A DNA stretch of 60,259 nt, filler included, from Sluysia triapertura (lineage: Eukaryota): the NCBI GenBank assembly GCA_046118255.1. It is 4 parts of 4 records of this genome, joined end to end, with 100 filler letters (N's around TTAATTAATTAA, not from the genome) between each part and the next. Parts side by side here need not be neighbours in the genome. Positions count along the whole stretch, not along the records: positions 42,540 to 60,259 come from JBJNIA010185612.1; 3 more parts are not named here. One strand, 5' to 3'. The notes beneath the pieces were generated by a model. The model was not told where the DNA came from. It did not search any database and saw only the letters and a list, made by a program, of their open reading frames with translations. Both the position numbers and the translations under genes were made by a program. Below are positions 52,061-60,259 of this stretch, one piece after another. Positions within the stretch are counted from its first letter, which is position 1, and the number at the start of each line of letters is the position of its first letter.

Positions 52061-55000
52061 ATGTTGAAATATCTTGTGCTAACTTTATTTATTGTGTGTA
52101 AATTAGAAGTGAAGTCAGACATAGCAGATCGTAAAGGATTTGGTGCGAATTTTAAAACTAATGCAAACAACTTTGCTCCTAAAAGCGGTAATTGCGACAT
52201 AAAAGACTACACTGCTCCATCAGTATGCGATGGTGATTTCGGTACTAATTCGGAAATTATTGAAAAATTGGCATCGTTGTTCTTAGATTCATTAACTGCA
52301 AAAGATACTCAAACATTAATTGACAATATGAATGCTTATTGCAAAATGGCGGCCGAATCGAAAAAATGTAAAGATGATTTAGATAATAAATGTATGAATT
52401 CTGGAAATCGTGGTAATGTAGATGAATATGTACGTTTTCAAATGAATAACAATCCAGGGTATACTGCTATTAAAAAATTGTTTTGTGATCCTACAACAAG
52501 TATGGTTTCTCAAAATTTAATAAACTCTATAAAATCGTTGAAATTGTCTGATTGTTTGACAGACACCACGAAATTAGACGAATTGAAATTCGCGATTGAA
52601 CATTTTATTAAAATGGTTAGATGAATTAAATATATTTAAAAATTGTCTCCTATTCTGATTAATTTCAGAATAAATGAATCTTATTATTATTGACAGGTAC
52701 GAAGAAGTAAAAATAATTTTGATGTTAATGAACCACCGAAAATGACTGGGCGACCTACCATGCCACCAGGAGCCACAATGAGACAATTAATAACAACGAA
52801 ATCTCCTAGAGATAATCAACGAGATATGGACCGATCACAATCTGTATGTCTGATGAAAAATAATATTGTTAAAGCTATTCTAGTTCAACTGGCTAATTGT
52901 GATGTTGCTTTCAAGTACTTTTTCCTGAATTTGACAGAAATCTTGGTTCCATCTGGTTAGTGCCACGGTTTTCATGAATGGTTTAATTTTTATGCATCAA
53001 TCATTGAGATTATTAATTAATTGTCATTTTTCCTTTATAACAATGATAAATCAATGATGCTGTGATTTAATCGTTGTGATATTCAGAAGCCGGTGAGAGA
53101 TGCAATCCACCTGATCATGACAATCCAAACGGTAAATTGAAAGACAAAAATATAGTTTTAACGGTATTTGGTGGTCTACAAATCTCTTCGATGGGTGGAA
53201 GTGATGCAAATGGCGTTACTACTTGTAATCATGATAATGACGAGGAAGTCACCTTGTTCAGAAGCAACAAACTCATCGTGAAATGTATGGTTAAACAATT
53301 ATCGAATAAATACTCTTATTTCAATAATGTAAGTTTTTCTAGCGTTGTAACTTTTCAGTTAAATATTAAAATTGATGGTGTGATTAGAAATAAAAATATA
53401 ATTATAATTTCCATTGTGAAGAATTGTTTTTTATTTTTACTAATATTAAAAAATGATATCAGATATTATTTATATTTGAATTTTACTAAATGTGAAATTT
53501 TACGAAATTTATGAATCAAATGAACAAACACAATAAAAAGGTACAACATTTATTGTATTGGTTAAGTTGGATAGTCTGCACTATAACTTATAGATTCCTA
53601 GAATTGCACACTGGATTCTGTCAAATTATTTAAATGTTTCAACATATTTGTCGAATTCTAGATCTCACATTTAATGAAAAAGTACAAGTAAATTACCTGC
53701 CGCAGTTTAAGCGTCATTTTTCTTGACAACTGTCTTATACCTGGGTATAAAAGTCATCTATTTTTGTCATCCACATTTTTCAGTTCTGCTAGTTTTGATA
53801 TTTTTCAATGCTTCAACAAACATTTCTTCAATAATCTTCAAATAGATAATATACAAATGAAAGTACTTAACAATGAATAACATGCCCAGTTTTAGTGGTT
53901 GCAATTAATTTTTTGTTATCAAAATATTGATTTAATAATTTATAATACAACAAACTAAGCCAATAGGCGTGTTTTATTTGTTATACGTCATTCATCAATT
54001 TAAAGTGCACAAGGTATGCATTTTGAAGATTTCCTTCAATACATTTCAATAATTTGAATATTTGCTGAGTTTGTTTGCCATATTACTTCATCATATTTTT
54101 AAATATATTTTTACATGTTTGTCAAATCATAGATTCTTCGTGAATAAGGAGTTGTATATTCATAGTTATCATTTTGACATCATAAAATCAATTAACTGAA
54201 AATCAATCGATAGAAACAAATAATTTGAATAAAATGATATATAATTATATTTGAAAATACAAATTTGTTGCAGTGCACTATAACTTTTGTTGGAGCTGAT
54301 GAAATTAGTTACGGAAACGGTAAATTACCAGCAACCTTTAAAAATTCTGGTACAAAAATTGCTAAAACTGGAACATATTGGAGTAAAGAAGTCAAAATTA
54401 CTAAAGCAACGGATACTGAAGTCAGAATTCATGACACTAATTATAACGTATCTATAGTTATATTTGTGTATGTTGCAAAAAATAAAGAGTTTGTATTATT
54501 ATTGTTATTATCATTATTATTATATTAGATTTTGTTAATTTTGAAACCGTAATAACATAGTTGTCAAGCAGAATGACCTTTACCACGTTGAAGTAAAAGT
54601 GGTATTAATCATTCTAAATTTTTAGATCAGTGATTCTCAACCAATGTGCCGCGGCACTTTTGTGTGCCGCGAAATTCTAAAAATGTGCCGCCAAATTTTG
54701 AAATCTTTAAAATAGTGCCGCAACAAAAAAAGGCTGAGAATCACTGTTTTAGACCCTCATTCAGACTTTGGAAATACATTAATGGATCACTGAATCCTTA
54801 TTGATGTCGACGAATAAGTCAGATGAGTGGAAAAACTGATGAAAAAAGAAAAGTTCATTGTCATTCTACACCTCTTAGTGCTAAAACCATCTTAAATTTG
54901 ACTGAATATTTTCTAATGCTCGATTTGTTTGTTTCAGATCTGTCTGCAATATGCTTATTCGTTTACCGAAAGATGTATATCAAGGAGGAATGGGATCTTT

Positions 55001-55766
55001 CATCGACAAATGCTCAGATAAAGTTGATCGCGGTAATTATTTATTTATTTCCAATATTTTAAATATTAATTATATTATTTAGATAATTTTGTCAAAAGTG
55101 GTCAAATGGGTCCTCCGACTAGTGTTAGAATATTTTTTATTCTAAATGATACATTGTCCAATAATTACAATATTCATTTTGATTGGCCCTTACATTATAT
55201 TTATAACAACTTTATTATCTCCAGACACACATCTATTCATTATGTTGTTATGTCATATATTAAATATTTGCATTTTACTGTTTTGTGGATACACAAATTT
55301 TTCATTCTGAAAAGTCTTCTTTTGTGAAATTTATCAATAATTTAAGTCGTGTCAGTAGATACATATGTCTCTGGTAAATCGACGTTTTATATAATCGCAC
55401 CCCTAAAACTTTGTGACCACGCTAAATACACTAAACTACTCGTTACAACCAATAAAAATGGTTCGAGCAGTACCATCTCCTAGACCAGTGCGGACATCTG
55501 TATCTACTAGAGCGATCTAGATCTCCAATCACAATTTAAAAGATCTTTTTAGATATTACAAATTATGATTAATAAAATAAAATTTCAATATTTTAAATTA
55601 AATCGTGTTAAATATTGCTTTAATTTAGGGAATCGATGAAGATGAAGGTTAGATTAAGTATTTATTATCACAAGACCCATTATTATTTTAAAATACTGCA
55701 ACTTAATTTAAGTATCCAAAATTTAGTTTTTGAAAATTTTGATTATTTTTCACTACAATCATTCTA

Positions 55767-55830
<64 letters not shown>

Positions 55831-56428
55831 CCTTAATATCACAGAATGTATAAAAAAGAAAATTATTTTCTAAAATAGAACACGAAGTTCAATCATAAAG
55901 ACAATAAACAATTTTCAATTTCAACTTCAAATTTTAATCATACTATTGATTATTCAAAGAATTAATTGGTCATACTGGAAATATAATTTCAAAAATATAG
56001 ATTATTCATTGAAATTAGTAATTTTAATTATTAATTTTTAATCCCGCTTTAATGAGAGAAACAATTATTTTTTAAAATCATAAAAGTTAAAAAATGAAAG
56101 GCCTTAGAGACATTAATTTTAATATATACATTTTCAATTATTTGTTATAAAGTTAGTAAAAAAAGTTAATGGTTGACCACATAAAGACATTCTGCTAAAG
56201 TAAATATTCATAAGTTAAAGTGGATAAGGTAAATTCAAGGATGAAGGATTAAAAGTAATATAGCAGTTAACACGCCTACTTTACATCAGAAGACAATCTA
56301 TAATCGAAAATTATGCTGAAAATTATTTTTCTGTAGGTTAACACGATGACAATGACGGCGGGATTTATATAAACAGTCAGAAGAAAGTTTTAACAAAAGA
56401 TACAAATAATAAAGAAAAATAAATAAAC

Positions 56429-56471
<43 letters not shown>

Positions 56472-56859
56472 TTACAATTATAAAAGTCTTTTATTGTCAA
56501 ATTGTCTTTAGTTAATCCGCGTTTCAAACGTGATATTGATTCAACATCTTTGTCAAGCGCCCAGAATTACGATGTGAAAGGATTATCTGATGATAATGTT
56601 AGTTTTACATACGAATTTGTCATTTTTATTAATAATAATAATAATCTACTTTCAAATAATACTAATACATGTTTATTAATAATAATAATATACTTTCAAT
56701 ACTAATAAATGTATATTAATATAGGCTAAAAGTATGGGATCTAGTGCTACATCTTTGATGACTGATGTTTACAGTGGTACTGCTAATTCTAGATCTGGAA
56801 TTATGGAAATAAGCTTTATTTTGCTACTCGGATCAGTATTGATGGCGCTGTTTCAGTAA
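52061..56859 (+). CDS. Secreted Cys-containing protein of unknown family, probably GPI-anchored; middle exons uncertain (may be two genes or partly decayed)
   Basis: Signal peptide MLKYLVLTLFIVCKLEVKS. In-frame exons 52061-52615, 52697-52955, 53087-53328 and 54274-54447. Terminal exons 56512-56597 (furin-like RFKR) and 56725-56859 end in small residues plus the hydrophobic tail ISFILLLGSVLMALFQ*. Confidence 0.6.
54628..54746. mobile_element. hAT (Charlie/Buster-like) MITE, 119 bp
   Basis: TIRs CAGTGATTCTCAACC / GGCTGAGAATCACTG, 8-bp TSD TTTTAGAT / TTTTAGAC (nnnTAnnn), and four internal GTGCCGC motifs. Confidence 0.88.
55770..55830. repeat. (AAT)n microsatellite
   Basis: About 20 perfect AAT units. 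A second tract lies at about 56429-56468. Confidence 0.95.
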
Positions 56860-58536
56860 CCGGATTTGATTTGATAAACGATTTTTTGACATTCGTACTT
56901 TCTCGATTTATACATAACGTTTTAATTGATATTCTTAACTATCTTTATTTTCAGAGTAGTTTTATAATTTAACTTTTTATTAGTGTTTGTGTTCTTCATA
57001 TTTTAAATTAGAATAAACCTTTTATTTATTCGATTTCTATTTGCGTAATTAATAAAATCATCTTCCTGATTATCGCAACAAAACAGAAAAGCATGTCTGT
57101 CATTGAATGATTAACTTTTGGTGTCAAACAAGGGTATGGTAATATTCACTAAAATAAAAATCATTTATTAAATAAGAGCTAGAAAGAGACAGACTCTCAA
57201 TCGATCGAAGAATACTTCAGTTACTTTTGCTTCTTAATTCGCATTGAGAAAGAAAATAGTGGTTTGGTGTATAATGTTTAAACTAATAATATGTTTCACC
57301 AAGAAGTTACAACTTTGGATACCACAATAGAATGCTTCTGAATTTGTGAATTTTCAGAGGTTATTAAACCCTTCGGTATACTTCATAACGGCAGGACGCA
57401 AAAAAATCCTTGTAAAATTGTTCACACTTCGCCAAGTAAAACAGCCGATCACTGTTTCTCTGTTTCACTCTTATTCTTTTTCAGGAAAATCGCGAAAAAT
57501 AACGGTAACGACTGACTTCGAAAAATATAGAATGAAAGTAATGAAGCGACGAGACTAGTAAATTATTTATCCATAGTCATAGTTTAGGACTTCAATAATT
57601 CTAAGTACGGAGTAGACGTGATACAAACAAATCTAAAACATCCTATCATACTATACACAACTGATATAGCCAGGCACTAACATAACTAATCAACGCATAC
57701 TCAACATATATGCAATGGTAATAAGCGTTATTTGGTTATTAAAATAAGTATATTTATTAGAACTCTTTTGATGCTACTCGGCTATCGCGGAAGTTACGCA
57801 AAAACGCTTATTAACATAACCCACACGTAAAGGGTTTAAAAAGGTAAGAATTTCCTGTGAAATTTAAAAGAAATGATTTTTAAAAATTTTACAACCAAAA
57901 ATAGATATAGTTTAGTGAATCATTTTCTTTTCATTACATGCAAACAACCAATAAGATCTAATGAGCTTCAGAATAGAGAATCGTTGAGAGATTATCATAG
58001 AGAAATTTGTTTTGTAAGAATAAAAAGATCAATACCCTAATAAAAGAAAGGTAATGTCAAAAATGTTTCAATTTGTGCAAGTATAAATTCTTTTTTAGTG
58101 TTAACAATGTATTATTTTATGTAATTATTGATAGTTGTTATTTCAATTTGATAATCACACAAAATCTTGAAATTATTAAAAGTACACGTATTTCTAGAGT
58201 CTCCATGTGAACTAAGTGATTAATTAGAAAATGGTTGATACTAACTTTAATTAGTATCAATTTTAATATCTATTGATTTATCAAAAAATGTTTATGTGGG
58301 ATCCACCTTATGAGAGAGGATTTTAATTATGAGGATGTAACTAATTTGTCAAAGTTCTTCATTATTTCGAAGTGATATTGAGATCATCCCCTCAATTTAA
58401 GTTGAGCCATCCATGCTCCTGTTGTAATATCACTGTTATTCTGCTGATCACAATTCATATCTGTATTAATCGTCATCGTCCCATTCATTCATCGCGATTC
58501 CTCCATTATTGAACAAAGATACAAAATAAAAGTATA

Positions 58537-58969
58537 CAGTGGTGGCCAAATTATTAGACTAAAACAGGAAAAATGTGTTTTTATTTGGTTTTCTTGATAT
58601 TTGCTACCCCGGCCTGGAAACTGTCGATAGAAAATCTATGGAATATTGTCAAAAGAAAATTTTCTACCCATAAACCAACCTCCAGGACGGAACTTATTGA
58701 AACCCTGATAAAAGTATGGCATCCCGATGACAAGATCAAAGACTTGTGCCTCAAGCTCATCTATGGCATGTCTTTAAGGATCAGGAAATTATTGGATAAC
58801 AAAGGATGGCAAGCAAAGTACTGATAGAACAATTGGTACATATTTGATTTGTAGTAAATTGTATGTTATTATCTATTGTTTGGAAAAGTAGTTATTTTCC
58901 GTGACAATGTTTTATACACTTTTGATTAATACTTTCATAGTCCTTAGTCTAATAATTTGGCCATCACGG
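58537..58969 (+). mobile_element. Internally deleted Tc1 transposon (433 bp)
   Basis: TIRs CAGTGGTGGCCAAATTATTAGACTAA / TTAGTCTAATAATTTGGCCATCACGG with TA on both sides. Retains the transposase C-terminus IENLWNIVKRK...LIYGMSLRIRKLLDNKGWQAKY*. Confidence 0.92.
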
Positions 58970-59732
58970 TACATTTATGAATAAGAGTAGCATTTATAGC
59001 TATCACAAAACATAAGTATATGTTTATTTAGACACATCTGATTTGCTTTAGACAACGCATTAGTTTTCTCTTTAATATTTTAAATCATATTCATCTAAAG
59101 CAACTTTTCTCTCTTCTTTAGATTTACAAAAAATATAAAATGTAAAAGAATTTATTAAATGATTAAAGTTTGTAACACACATTTTAATTTCATGCCACAC
59201 TCATTGACTACTTGGAGTTTATTTGTAATACAATAGGAATTTTAAGATATTACTATCCAGTTTAAAATGCTAAATAACTTGGAGCAATATCTCTTTTTTC
59301 TAAAATAAATTTAATTTAAAAAATGTCGACATTTTGTCAATATTTCCAAACTTCGTGTTTATGTTTCTATTGAATATGTACCTGAACGAGTAATGCATGG
59401 GGTCTAAACAATTATGATAATGGAAATAAAAGCCGAGAATTCAGTATCAGTAATCAAAATCCTAACAATAATCTTAAAGATGATACGCTATGAGGTAAAA
59501 TGGTCATCGGTTCGACATAATCATATCGAAATTTCAATGGATTCATACTACGGATGATACTTATTTCAAAGAAGCCAATTCGATATATTTGGTTTTAATT
59601 GGTACTTTTGCTAATACAGTTTCAAGTAATTCATTTCAATCGATTAATTCAATCACATACTTTTATCATTGGCTAATTGTATACATTATAACAATATAAC
59701 AATTAAGAAATTATGTGATTTATATTTTATAT

Positions 59733-59770
59733 CAGGCGTGCCCAAACTTTTCAAGTTGTGACCCCATTTC
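59733..59770 (+). mobile_element. Isolated hAT-like terminus
   Basis: CAGGCGTGCCCAAACTTTT...GACCCC resembles hAT MITE ends. The partner end was not found. Confidence 0.35.
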
Positions 59771-60259
59771 AACATATTCAACTTAATAAAAAACACCTTT
59801 TTAACAACATAATGTATTTTTCTGTTTCTTATAAATTAAATAAATTAAATATTATGAAAACAACAGTTCTAATTATTTAGCAAAAGTAAAGAAAAATTAA
59901 CAAAATTAAATTTTAATTCTTTTTATCAAAAATGCAATATTATGTCTGTTAATATATTTCACTTCTGTGAAATATTAATATTTTTTCAATACGTCGCTGC
60001 TATTTAATAGCTGCTATTTCGTGATTGTAATAGCAGTGTCTGCTAACGTTATTTTTAATTAACAGCTAAATAATAGCAGAATACCAAATAGCATAACATC
60101 TCTAACGGACATGTATAATTACTTTATGAATTTGTAAGTATATTTGCTTTTGCAGGAAATGTGTAAAGTAATATAAAGGTTGGAGAATAAAGCTTAAGAA
60201 TACAAGTGAGTCCACCAACGTATTGGACTTACAGACTAAACGGCCAACCGTTGGATTTT

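Noticed and set aside
53690-54050. Second Tc1-like transposase relic on the minus strand
   Set aside because: Only faint C-terminal resemblance and no TIRs found. Too weak to annotate.
51655-54804. Genome-wide UGA reassignment
   Set aside because: Cornichon and the Cys-rich gene end at TGA at expected positions, and Trp is encoded by TGG in intact genes.
58235-58260. Perfect 10-bp hairpin TTGATACTAA/TTAGTATCAA
   Set aside because: Single AT-rich occurrence, plausible by chance.

Overview
Very AT-rich eukaryotic (animal) genomic DNA. It is not one continuous locus. Three identical 100-bp spacers (N44-TTAATTAATTAA-N44 at 16934-17033, 30457-30556 and 42440-42539) look like artificial joins between four separate scaffolds, and 15444-15717 is an ordinary N gap. 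Recognisable host genes are an intronless class A (FMRFamide/peptide-type) GPCR, cornichon, a Maf-type bZIP, two internal exons of RPGRIP1L/fantom, a probable OCRL/INPP5B-type RhoGAP-like exon, a Cys-rich FN2-containing mosaic gene and a secreted, probably GPI-anchored protein. Several predicted introns are very short (27-55 nt), which suggests a compact invertebrate genome, for example an orthonectid-like spiralian (inference only). The rest is largely mobile-element debris: RLE-type non-LTR, L2/CR1 LINE 3' ends, Ty3/gypsy pol, a solo LTR with TSD, and Tc1, hAT and piggyBac MITEs. Three unexplained repeat systems stand out. (1) An apparently intronless, highly multicopy, decayed gene family with an EF-hand-like N-terminus has up to five pieces in three scaffolds; two of them are preceded by a conserved hairpin with a compensatory substitution. 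(2) A ~160-bp TGTT...AACA mini-element carries a tRNA-Ala-like Pol III cassette inside its own inverted repeats (three copies). (3) A dispersed LTR-like module carries a complete heat-shock-type promoter (HSE-CCAAT-TATA-Inr; four copies). All homology calls were made by eye from known family motifs, without database searches.
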